A stretch of DNA of 64,000 bases from IMG/VR virus record IMGVR_UViG_3300002498_000029; one strand, given 5' to 3'. Under the pieces are notes generated by a model. It was not told the origin of the DNA and made no database searches. It worked only from the letters and a program-made list of their open reading frames with translations. A program made the position numbers and the translations under genes. This stretch comes from an uncultured virus (IMG/VR IMGVR_UViG_3300002498_000029). Its lineage: Duplodnaviria > Heunggongvirae > Uroviricota > Caudoviricetes. This document shows positions 11,684 through 22,635 of this stretch, in pieces; the first letter of the stretch is position 1; each line of letters begins with the position of its first letter.

Positions 11684-12244
11684 ATGAAACAAGCAAATGT
11701 TATTAGAAATATGAGGAAGAATTCAAAGTTTTTGAATGAATCAATTATAGAAATAGTTGATATTATTTTAGATGTATTATATCAATATAGTAAAGAAGAT
11801 CAATTATTTATCAATGCATATGAAAATGACGATTTTGATGATATTGATTTATTTGATGATGACGACAATGCTATTGATGATAATGATAACTACCCTGATA
11901 CTAATGATACACTGGAAGGATATGGAAAATGTTTTGTTGATGATAGTGATATTGTAATTCAAACAAATCCATTAATATATGGAGAGTATTCTGAAGTAAA
12001 TGATTCTATGCCAATTGAGCTTCAAAATATCATTACATTTGAAGATCATGGTGTAAAGTTTGGTAAATTTACAAAGTTTGGCTCAGTAGAAGAATTTCTT
12101 GATAATGTAGAACAACTTTCAAAAAGAATTAGACCTAGTCGTGGAAATTTAACGGCTCCACAATTTAGGAACCTAGTAGAAGAATGGCGTCTTAATATGA
12201 TTGAAGATGCTATGAATAAAAACGGAATAGAACTTAGTATTTAA
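11684..12244 (+). CDS. Hypothetical acidic protein (no recoded codons)
   Basis: AAGGAG RBS favours ATG 11684 over track start 11612; Glu-rich but no TAG. Confidence 0.75.
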   Translation: MKQANVIRNMRKNSKFLNESIIEIVDIILDVLYQYSKEDQLFINAYENDDFDDIDLFDDDDNAIDDNDNYPDTNDTLEGYGKCFVDDSDIVIQTNPLIYGEYSEVNDSMPIELQNIITFEDHGVKFGKFTKFGSVEEFLDNVEQLSKRIRPSRGNLTAPQFRNLVEEWRLNMIEDAMNKNGIELSI

Positions 12245-12268
12245 ACTAATCTCAATTAGTTAAACGTA

Positions 12269-12308
12269 TACACAGGTTATATAATGATTTAAATATATAA
12301 CCTGTGTA
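12269..12308. terminator. 15-bp perfect inverted repeat (terminator-like hairpin)
   Basis: TACACAGGTTATATA-N10-TATATAACCTGTGTA after a gene end; no clear U-tract. Confidence 0.6.
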
Positions 12309-12388
12309 ATAATTTAAATGTAAGGAGATGCAAATGAAAATGACATTTAAACAACCTGTGTGGAATAATATAGTAAATAATAACTAAA

Positions 12389-12907
12389 ATGAAATACATT
12401 TTACCATTGGTAATAATGTTGATCATATTTCCACAGAATAATTATACCTCCACACAACAAGAAATACAGTATAATGAAGCTGATTTAAAAGAACAAAGAG
12501 ATATTCAAGATATATATAATTGTATTATTTCTTTAAAAAACGTAAATGATAAAAAACAAACTGATTTATATAAATTATCAACATCAATATTAAAATATAG
12601 TAAACAATTTAATATTGACTATAAAGTTTTAATTGGAATAGCATATGTAGAAAGTAGAATGAATAAATATGTAAGTTCTGGTAACAAGTATAAATGTATT
12701 GGAATATTTCAATTAAATGAAACTGTCCATAAATTAGATTCAAATTTAAAATATGATGAAGATTATCAAACACTAAAGGCTTGTGAAATATTAACTTATA
12801 CTATTAAAATGTATAAAGGTAATATTCAATCAGCTTTAAATGGATACAATGGATGGGCAAATGTAAATAATCCATATGCAAGTAAAGTGTTAAACGTAAT
12901 AAAATAA
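12389..12907 (+). CDS. Lytic transglycosylase (SLT domain) with N-terminal signal/anchor (no recoded codons)
   Basis: IAYVESRMN catalytic ES; GIFQL; ALNGYNG; YASKV. Confidence 0.85.
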   Translation: MKYILPLVIMLIIFPQNNYTSTQQEIQYNEADLKEQRDIQDIYNCIISLKNVNDKKQTDLYKLSTSILKYSKQFNIDYKVLIGIAYVESRMNKYVSSGNKYKCIGIFQLNETVHKLDSNLKYDEDYQTLKACEILTYTIKMYKGNIQSALNGYNGWANVNNPYASKVLNVIK

Positions 12908-12916
12908 GAAGGACGA

Positions 12917-13543
12917 ATGAAAAAATATACTGAATAGCAATTAGAACATATGTATAATCAATTCCGATAGATACTAGAAAAATATGTTACTGGTAATAAT
13001 AAGGATGTTATATTATCTTAGCTACTACCAGATTTTGAAACCAATATATTAGTATCACCAGCAGCATCTAAAACATTTTTTAATGATGCCAATCCAGGCG
13101 GGTGGTTAAACCATACATTAAATACAATTAAAATTAGTTTACAATTAATGCAATTATGGCAAAAGAATAATATAAATATTGATTTTACTATTGAATAGTT
13201 AATTCTTGCTGCAGCGTTACATGACTTTGGCAAATTAGGTACAAAAGAATAGATGTTATATTTGCCGTAGACAAGTAAATGGCATGCTGATAGAGGCAGT
13301 GCATATATATTTAATCCTAAGATTCCATTTATGAAAGCTCATGATAGAACATTATTTATACTTCAGCAATATGGCATTCAATTAAATTTTAATGTAACAT
13401 TAGCTATTAAATTATCTAGTGGTATGTACTAGGAAGCAAATAAATCATATTATATGCAGTATGATCAGGTAAATATTTTATCAACGATATTACCACATAT
13501 TATACATCAAGCTGATATGATTGCAGTAAATATTAAAGAATAA
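12917..13543 (+). CDS. HD-domain phosphohydrolase
   Basis: PAAS...PGGWLNHTL...LILAAALHDFGKLG...IIHQADM. Confidence 0.85.
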
Positions 13544-13544
13544 T

Positions 13545-13856
13545 ATGGTATATATTATTGGAGTCCTGGGTACTATTATTATAGTTTTAATTATAATAAG
13601 TAAAAATTTGTGAAAACAAAATGATAAATTGTATCAAATAAATTAGACAATTTCTGATATGTTTCAATAGGCATATATAGAGACATAGAAAATATATGGA
13701 ATAATGAAATAGTTAGATAACAAACAAATGTTTTAGAAAGATGATGAGGTTGGAGTACTTTGAACAGCGATCGCAAACTTAATATAGAAATGAAATAGAA
13801 ACATAAATATCTATAACGGAATTGATGTAGAAACAACAGAAAAAAAAGTAGTGTAA
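13545..13856 (+). CDS. Hypothetical membrane-anchored protein
   Basis: N-terminal TM; MF(TAG)KDDEVG. Confidence 0.6.
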
Positions 13857-14571
13857 ATTTTATTTTACTCAATAGACATAGGATAATATAATACGATATA
13901 ATTCGCTAGATCCTGTATTGTGTTATGGATAGAGAAATAGGATATTTTAGAATTACATATATATACCATTGTGTAAAATATGTGAAAATCTTATACATAC
14001 ATATAAGTTATATTATTTCTAGCAACCGTCAGATATAATAACATTATAGGCTGTTAGCTTTCTAGTATTACAACTCGGTAAATATAATCAATAGAAAGGT
14101 AAGGCCTTCTCATATTTTACTAAAATTGCGTTTTATTATTTAATTAATGCAAATAATAAACATTATGGTTAGTATAAGATTATGCAAAGTTTCTAGTAGT
14201 ATGATTAGTCTAAAAAGAATTCCTTACTAAGTGTTATATATTCAAATAAGGCTAATTATATCTGTGATTATGATATTATTATACATTAGACTATTAAACT
14301 TATTTAGTAGAATACTTAGTATTTGTTTAATAAATAGAGGGACAAAACAATAGCATTGTCAATAGTTGAAATATTAAAACGATGACAGTCATTAGATATT
14401 ATTCTAAATAAAAAAGCCTTATATGTTTTAATTAGATAGTATAGTGGGCAATAGACTAAATATATAACCAGTGTATTAAATAAAATATCTAAATATTATT
14501 TTAATTGTAAAAATAAGCAACTAAATTATTAGGCTTCTATCTTTTCAAACAATGTAAGTGAGAAAATATAA
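13825..14571 (+). CDS. Putative phage late-transcription sigma factor (T4 gp55-like)
   Basis: YFTQ(TAG)T(TAG)DNIIRYN...ICENLIHTYK...KYNQ(TAG)KGKAFSYFTKIAFYYLI, resembling sigma region 2. Confidence 0.65.
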
Positions 14572-14990
14572 TGTAGATTAATGATATTAAGATATTTAAC
14601 GATAAAAATTTAAATAGTTTATTAGAATAGATATATAATAATCAAAAAAATAAATCCAGTAAAATATAGTAGCTGGTATAGCAATTACAAAACATGGTAA
14701 CAACTGTTGATTAGGCTATTATGCTAGTGCCTTCTATTGCAAATTATTTAACAATAGGGGTTAAGAATGATTAGATATTAATAAAATTAACTCAATCAAT
14801 AACAAAATTATTATAGAATTCACTAAAATAGAAATTATTAGATAATTTAAGCGCAAAATCTCCATTAATAACTGATGCATAGTTTGAATAGTTGATATCT
14901 AAATCTAAACAATAGGCTGTATTGCTATTAACATAGGAATAGAAACTATAGCTACAATTAAATAAGCTTCAATAGGGCAATTTAAATTAA
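14571..14990 (+). CDS. Hypothetical helical phage protein
   Basis: TAATG overlaps at both ends; GVKND(TAG)ILIKL. Confidence 0.7.
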
Positions 14991-16138
14991 TGTTAAATTA
15001 TTCAATAAAGTCTAGTGTTAATGGTGACATATTTTCAGACGCTTGAAGTATTGCACCTGGAATAAAAAATTTACAAAGTATTACATTAAATTCAATATCG
15101 ACAACTCAATTAGCTGAAGTAATAGATGTTATTACTAATTAGTCTCATTCCCAATCAGATAAATATCCAATTGGAATGTGTTTTATAAAATTATTAAATA
15201 CTGGAGTAGATTAGTAGTTACTTTTAGCTTATCCTTATTAGGTATATGATAAAGTATATCCATTAAAGGGCTAGATAGTAAGAATTTTACAATTACAATA
15301 TTATACAACTGTTAAAGTTGGAGTACAAGTTGTAAATTTATATTTACCACCGTATAACATTTTAAATAATATTAGACATAATAGTATTCCTGGGTTATCA
15401 CAGCATAAATATAATTAGTAGAAAGCTTAGTCATCGTTAGGGTTAACCTTTTCATAGACATCTGATAATGTAAATGAAATATATGCATAGTAGGGTGATA
15501 TAATACATGCAGGTAGATGCGGACAGAATATAAAATTTTCAAGTGAAGACGGTTAGGGTAAATTACCATAGACAAAAATTATCAATAGATTACAGATAGG
15601 TAATATTGGTAAATCAGTTAAATAGGACATAAATGAAGATTAGTCTGTAATATGGCTTACTTCTAATAAATAGGTACCAATATAGGTTGCTTCTAAAATA
15701 TCTAAAAAATCTATAGTAAATTATCCAAGTATATTTAATGGTAAACAAATTATATTAAATAGTGATAGAATATTATTTAATAGTAAAGTAAATCAAATAA
15801 TGATGTTTGCTAAGAAAGATATATACTTATCATCAGATACAAATATATGTTTAGATAGTAAATAGAAAATTATTTTAAATAGCAATAATATTGTACTTGG
15901 GTTAGATGGATAGGAGCCTGGTGTATTAGGTAATAAATTGACAAGTGTATTAAATGATATGGCAGCTATGCTTACTAAACATTAGCTTCAACTAAGTAAA
16001 ATATCAAATCACGTACATCCAGTAGTTGCAATAGGGTCACCAACTTTGCCATCAATAGAAATATTATATACAACAGCAGTAAAGTCGTTTGGTACTAAAA
16101 TAAGAAAAATATTAAGTAAAATAATAAAATTAAAATAA
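14990..16138 (+). CDS. Baseplate central spike/hub (gp5/gpV-like)
   Basis: PLKG(TAG)IV OB-fold-like part; GKQIILNSDRIIFNSK beta repeats; PGVLGNKL; C-terminal HVH. Confidence 0.7.
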
Positions 16139-16153
16139 GGTAAATTTAAAAAT

Positions 16154-16684
16154 ATGAAAAAAACATAGCTATAGCAAATTATACTAGAGGTATTAAGAAG
16201 ATAGTTACCAGCAATATTAATATAGATCATAAGTGGTAATAGTGGTCAAATTAAATAGCAACAAGTAGTTAGACCGGTTATTGTACAATAGCAGCCAAAA
16301 AAACCAGTAACACAAAAAGATTATACGGCTCTACAATAGAATTATGCAAGACTTCAACAAAAATTACAAATGTATGTTAGTTCACCTCCTCAAAATACAA
16401 CACTTACATAGATATTAAATCCCTATTAGCCAGATGAGCTTGAGGATGATCAACCAATACTAAACCTTAAAAATCCTAAGTTTACACCAGCCATAAATTA
16501 GACTGTCAATGATAGATTAAATAATTTTGGATTATAGTCAGCAATAAATGATTTGACTGGATAGGGATAGGTAGCGGCTTCAAGTGTATTATAGGATCCC
16601 AATAATGCTTTTATGTTTAATAAAGACTTTTCTAAAATATTAAAGAAAACAGATTAGAAGTTAAAGCTAAAACAAGGACTATAA
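16154..16684 (+). CDS. Hypothetical protein, MKKxEL leader family
   Basis: MKKT(TAG)L(TAG)QIILEV. Confidence 0.7.
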
Positions 16685-16688
16685 TTAA

Positions 16689-17084
16689 GTGCCGCTTAAG
16701 CAATCATAGAAGTTTATTGGAGTCCAATTACCTATTGGTAATGGTAATTATGGATATTTTACCCCGTCAGTACTTACAAGTTAGCAAATTAAGTCTAATT
16801 TAACGAATTTAATACTAACTAATCCCGGGTAGAGGATTATGAATCCATAGTTTGGGACAAAGATAACATAGTTATTATTTTAGAATATTAATTAGGATGT
16901 GGGTAGAAAACTGATAACTAATATTTAGGAGTCAATTAAAAGGTGAATGCCATATATTTAGATAGTTGATATAATTATAAATTGACAAGCTGATTATAAC
17001 ATTATTTTAATTAAGCTTATATATAAAACAGTTGGAACATAGTAGGATTAGATAATAATAAATTTGTCATTACCAACAAAGTAA
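16689..17084 (+). CDS. Baseplate wedge protein gp25/GPW family
   Basis: QIKSNLTNLILTNPG(TAG)RIMNP(TAG)FG. Confidence 0.9.
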
Positions 17085-17115
17085 TTGTGATAAATATTTA
17101 AATTTGTTATATAAT
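17083..17115 (+). promoter_or_regulatory. Conserved promoter motif, copy 4
   Basis: TTGTGATAA 17085-17093, TATAAT 17110-17115; upstream of primase. Confidence 0.75.
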
Positions 17116-17141
17116 TAAATTATACTTTTTGGAGGGTTATT

Positions 17142-18092
17142 TTGATCAATACTACATTATTACAATTATTATAGTCTACAATAAGTATATCTACAACTGG
17201 ATCAAATGGTAATTATAATTTCTATTGTCCAAATTGTCATCATCATAAGCGTAAATTAGTAATAAATATAGATTCGTAGTCAGATGAATTTGGATATTAT
17301 AATTGTTGAACTTGTAATTTAAGTGGAAAAAATTTAATAAATTTATTTAAACAATTATTCCCTAATAGTGTTTAGTCATTATTAGGGATTTTGTCATTAG
17401 TAAAAAGAAATAATAATATATTATTAAATAATTATAATAATACACACTTTAAATCTAAATGTATATCATTACCGCAATAGGCAATATCACTTACTATAAA
17501 ATCTACCCACCCATAGTATACCAATGCAATATATTATTTAACAAAAAGAAGTATAACTTAGTATGATATATATAAATATAATCTACATTATTGCTGATAG
17601 GGCAGATTTGCAAATAGAATAATATTTCCATCATATGATAAACATGGAATACTAAATTATTATGTAGGAAGAAGTTATTATGAAAGTAAATTAAAATATT
17701 TAATGCCATCAATATAGAAAAATATTATATTTAATTAGTTATTTATAAATTGAAAGTAGCCAATTGTCATATGCTAGGGTGTTACAGATATGCTAGCTAT
17801 ACAAACAAATTGTATTCCAATACTAGGTAAGTTTATTCAATAGAAATTATTGACATAGATAATTACTAATAAACCACCTAAAGTATATATTACTTTAGAT
17901 CAAGACGCGTATAATAATGCCATATAGTTAGCAAAGACTTTAAGTAATTTATCTATCAATACTTACATTACTAAGTTTCCAAAAGATACTGATCCTGGAT
18001 AGCTTGGGTTTAATAAAGCGTGGTAGTATATAAATAATAGTGAATAGTTTAATAAAAGATTTTTAATGAATAATATGTTTAAGAGGCAATAA
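17142..18092 (+). CDS. DNA primase (Zn finger + TOPRIM)
   Basis: GGAGG RBS, TTG start; CPNC..H...YNC(TGA)TC; IVIC(TAG)GVTD; LDQDA; DPG. Confidence 0.9.
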
Positions 18093-21000
18093 ATGATCAA
18101 AACAATCTACCATATAGCTGACATACATTGTCCATTATGAATGAGACATGCCTAGTATTAGACAGTGTTTAATAGATTATATTAGGTTTTATAGAAATAG
18201 TCATAGTTAGAATCTACAAGAATAATATTAGCTGGTGATATATTACATAGTAAAAATAATCTATCGCCAGAAGTAGTTAATATGGTTATTGACTTATTAA
18301 ATAATCTAGCAAAATTTTGTAAGGTTTATATTCTATTAGGTAATCATGATATTAATTCTAATAACATAGATAGATTAGATGCTTTAAGTCCAATTGTAAA
18401 AGCATTAGATAATAGTAATATATATTTATCTACTACAACCTAGACTATTATAGATGATAATGTATAGTTTTCTTTTTTAAACTTAATGGAATAGGTTTCA
18501 GGCTAGTTTGGTAAATCAAAATCAAATAATATAAAGATCATGTGTATTCATTAGGCTGTTAATGGTGTTATAGATCAAACTGGGTATACATACACTAATT
18601 GCAGATTAAGTCCATAGTAGTTTAATGTTAATATTGTTATGGCTGGTCATATACATAAATATCAATCATTATTAAAGTAGTCACCATTTGTTGTTTATCC
18701 TGGAAGTCTAGTTCAACAAAATTTTGGATAGAGTTTATAGCATGGTATAGTTAAGTGAGATATACAAAATATAGATAATATAACACATTAGTTTATTAAG
18801 ATATAGAATGATTATGGGTATTATAATATTTAGATTAAACAGGGCAAATTACAACCAGTTAACTTTAAAACTAAAAAACTTAGACTTAAAATCAATTCTG
18901 TAAATACTCAAATAAATCAATTAAAGGATATTATATCTAGTATAAATAAAACTAATAGTATATAGACTTATTCAATAAATAATATTAAAGTATAGTCTAC
19001 TAATACTATATGTGATTAGAAAAACTTAAATAATATATATAATATTGAATATCAAAATAAGTTATTAGAATAGTTTTTAAGGTATAAATATATTAATATT
19101 ACTGATGAATAGATAACTAATATAAAGGGAATCAATACACTATTAAACAGTCAAATGGTGTTTGAAGATAAACAGCTTGGTAATATATGATATCCAAAGA
19201 AGTTATAGTTTTCGAATATGTTTGCCTATGGTCCAGATAATGAAATAGACTTTACTACTTGAAATGGAGTAATTGGTATATTTGGTAGAAATTATTCCGG
19301 TAAATCATCACTATTAGATATTTTATTATTTTGTTTATTTGATAAAACAAATAGATCATCTAAAGGTATTGACATCTTAAATTCAAAGTCAACGTAGTTT
19401 AAATGTAAGTTATAGTTAGATATAGATGGAAAGTCATATTTTATAGAAAGAATTGGTAAAAAAGCTTCAAAACAAAATGATGCAGTATCGGTGACGGTTG
19501 ATTTTTATACATATGATTAGTCTAATATTAAAATTAGTTTATGCGGAACTCAGCGGAGTGACACTAATAAATAGATATGTAAGTATATTGGCAGCTATAA
19601 TAATTTTGAGAATACATTAGGTGTCTTTCAAAAAGCAAATACTGGTTTAATCTTTCAAAAGCAATCATAGCGTAAAAACTTTCTATCAGCCTTACTTGGT
19701 ATAAATTTATTTTAGAAATTATATTCAGCTGCAACATAGTAGATTAAATAGACTAAACTATTATTAAAACAGTATTAGAATAAATTTCCCAAAGAATAGA
19801 TATAGAATAATATTTTAACCATAAATCAATATACTACTAATACAATAGAATTAAATACTAAGATAAAATAGTTATAGATTATTATAGAAAAGTTAAAATA
19901 GTCTAAAACTTTATTATATAGTAAAATAGTTTAGATAGAGTTAAATGATGTAAATATATAGTTATTAAATTCACAAAAATTACAAATATAGTTATCAATA
20001 CAATCTGTAATAAATAATATTAATGATATAACTTTATAGAATAAATATATATAGATTTAGTAGTTATAGAAATAGTTAACTAATATAAATATAGATTAGA
20101 TTAAATAGAATAATAAAACTTTAAATACATTATTATAGCAAGTAAAACAAATCAAAACAGACTCACAATTATTATAGAAAGATATAACTATTTGTAATTC
20201 AAAATTATAGAAGCTTGGTAACTTATAGTATGATCCAAACTGCAAATACTGTATGAATAATATATTTGTTAAGGATGCTATATCAGCAAAAGATAAATTA
20301 ACATAGTATAATAAACAAAAATAGAAGTATATTACATAGGTGAATAACATAGTAAAATCTATACAATAGATATAGCATGTTAAAGATTAGTTAAAATAGT
20401 ATGATAATAAAGTATAGAGTAAATCAAATAAATATTAGACAATAGTATTATTATAGAAAAAGAAAAAATTATTATAGGCCCAACAAATAGATAAACAGAA
20501 ATAGTTATAGTAGATAGAAAAAAAGATAACATAGTATAATAATAATTAGACTAATATACTAAATAATAAGCAGATTGAATAGAAGATAATCTTAATTGTA
20601 AATAAATTAGAATAGAATCAACGAGAATATAATAAGAACAAGATTACGGTAGATAATAACAACTTACAATCAGGAATTTTATTATAGAAGAATATTCAAC
20701 TATAGAAATAGATAGTTAAAATAAATTAGTTATAGATTAAATATAATTTGTATAGTAAATATATATAGGCTATGCATAAAAATGGAATACCATTAAGACT
20801 TATATAGTCATCTATACCATTAATACAAACATAGACTAATAACATATTATCTCTATTAACATAGTTTACATTATAGTTCCAAATAAACTAGAGTAGTATA
20901 GATATATTAAGAGTATATGATTTAGATAATAAATTACCAGTATAGTTAGGTAGCGGATTCTAGCAAACAGTAAGTGATATATCATCAAGAATAGCATTAT

Positions 21001-21218
21001 CTAAAATAAGTAACGCTCCAAGAAGTAATATAGTTATTATAGACTAGAATTTTGGAGCATTAGATAGTAATAACATTATGAAAGTATAGGGAGTATTACA
21101 ATATCTTAAATAGTATTATTAGTATGTATTAATTATAAGTCATATAGATATACTAAAGGGTATGGTAGATGATAGTATAACAGTTATTAAAGATGGATAG
21201 TTTAGTTATATTAGATAA
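18093..21218 (+). CDS. Fused SbcD/Mre11 nuclease - SbcC/Rad50 ATPase (gp47-gp46-like)
   Basis: DIH, GD, GNHD, GHIH, YPGS; G(TAG)NYSGKSS Walker A; CKYC hook; GSGF(TAG); IID(TAG)NFGALD; no TAA between the two domains. Confidence 0.9.
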
Positions 21219-21240
21219 ATAAAATTAATCTATAGTATTA

Positions 21241-21280
21241 TAGCCGAGTAATATTAACTTATTACTCGGCTATTTTTTTT
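21241..21280 (+). terminator. Rho-independent terminator
   Basis: TAGCCGAGTAATA-loop-TATTACTCGGCTA followed by T8. Confidence 0.9.
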
Positions 21281-21357
21281 GTAAATATATTTTGTTATAT
21301 TTTTCATATGAGTATATTTATATTTATATAGTAGTATTTATAGGAGAATAAATAATA

Positions 21358-21735
21358 ATGAAAAAAAGTGAATTAAAACAATTAATCAAGTAGTGCATAC
21401 TATAGGGTGATCAACCATTAACATATAATAAAATAATTATCACTTTACAAGATTATAATAAAAATATAAAATATTTAACAGTTACAAGTAAACCATTTGT
21501 AGGGCTAGGAAAAGCACCAGGCTATGGTGGATTTGGGTTATCAAATGTATTTTTATAGACAAACTAGACTCGTGGAACAAATTATATTGAATTTTAGAAG
21601 CTAATAAAATATTATCTTATCGAACTTGCAGAAGATTGTAACTGGGACGCTAAATTATTTGCAGTGTAGTTACAAAAAGGCAGTAATAATCATAAATGAC
21701 TATATCTTTCATCAAAAATTATTGGAGTTAAATAA
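21358..21735 (+). CDS. MKKSELKQLIKE-leader hypothetical protein
   Basis: AGGAG RBS; leader shared with neighbours. Confidence 0.75.
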
Positions 21736-21737
21736 TT

Positions 21738-22163
21738 ATGAAAAAATCATAGTTAAAACAATTGATTAAATAGATAATATTAGAATCTAACCCCCATGAT
21801 GTAAAAAAAACATTTACTATTGAATTAGACCTATTCTTATCAAAATTTACCGGTACTAGAATATGAGATAATAAATTATTGGAAATAATGATAAATGAAC
21901 CAAACAATTTCTATTTAGATTTCTATTTACACCATGAATGTGTATCAAAATAGTAGATAGAAAATTTTATCAATATATTAAGCGAAAACAAATCAAAAAT
22001 CATAAAAGTATATGGAACAATATATCATTATGGAGAACCACCAAAACTATATACTAGATATAATGAAGATAAATATTTTAGTAAAGATATTTAGTACACC
22101 TTTTATGTTGGTGGGCATGAGTTCAAAATGATACATTCCAACAAAAGACAATTTATAAATTAA
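21738..22163 (+). CDS. MKKSELKQLIKE-leader hypothetical protein
   Basis: MKKS(TAG)LKQLIK(TAG)IILES. Confidence 0.75.
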
Positions 22164-22189
22164 CATATATATATAGGATATAAATATTA

Positions 22190-22615
22190 ATGAAAAAAAG
22201 CGAATTAAAACAATTAATTAAGTAGTGTATAATGTAGTAGATTGGATTAAACAAAGATAGTTTTTATAATGAAAATAAATAGATAGTATAGAATGCATTA
22301 TTAAGATTAAAGTAGTGTAATAAACATTTAAGTGGATACTATATTGAAGACCTAAATTGAAATATGAGAGCCGTAGAATATGAATTAGAAAGTCTAAAGT
22401 TTGATAAAGATACTATAGACTTTATTATTAGTAGATTACGTACTCATAATCCTGACTTTGATATATCTGAAGAATTTTTTAATCACAACGTAAGCGATCA
22501 CGAAAGAACAATACAAGCAATTAATATTGCATGTGATATTTCTGAAAGTTATTCAAAGTCAAGTGCAAATGTTGACAAGTGGCGTAAACAAGTAAAAAGA
22601 TCGTTAGGATATTAA
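22190..22615 (+). CDS. MKKSELKQLIKE-leader hypothetical protein
   Basis: In frame with track ORF 22364-22615. Confidence 0.75.
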
Positions 22616-22635
22616 CTAAAGGAAATTAATAATAA

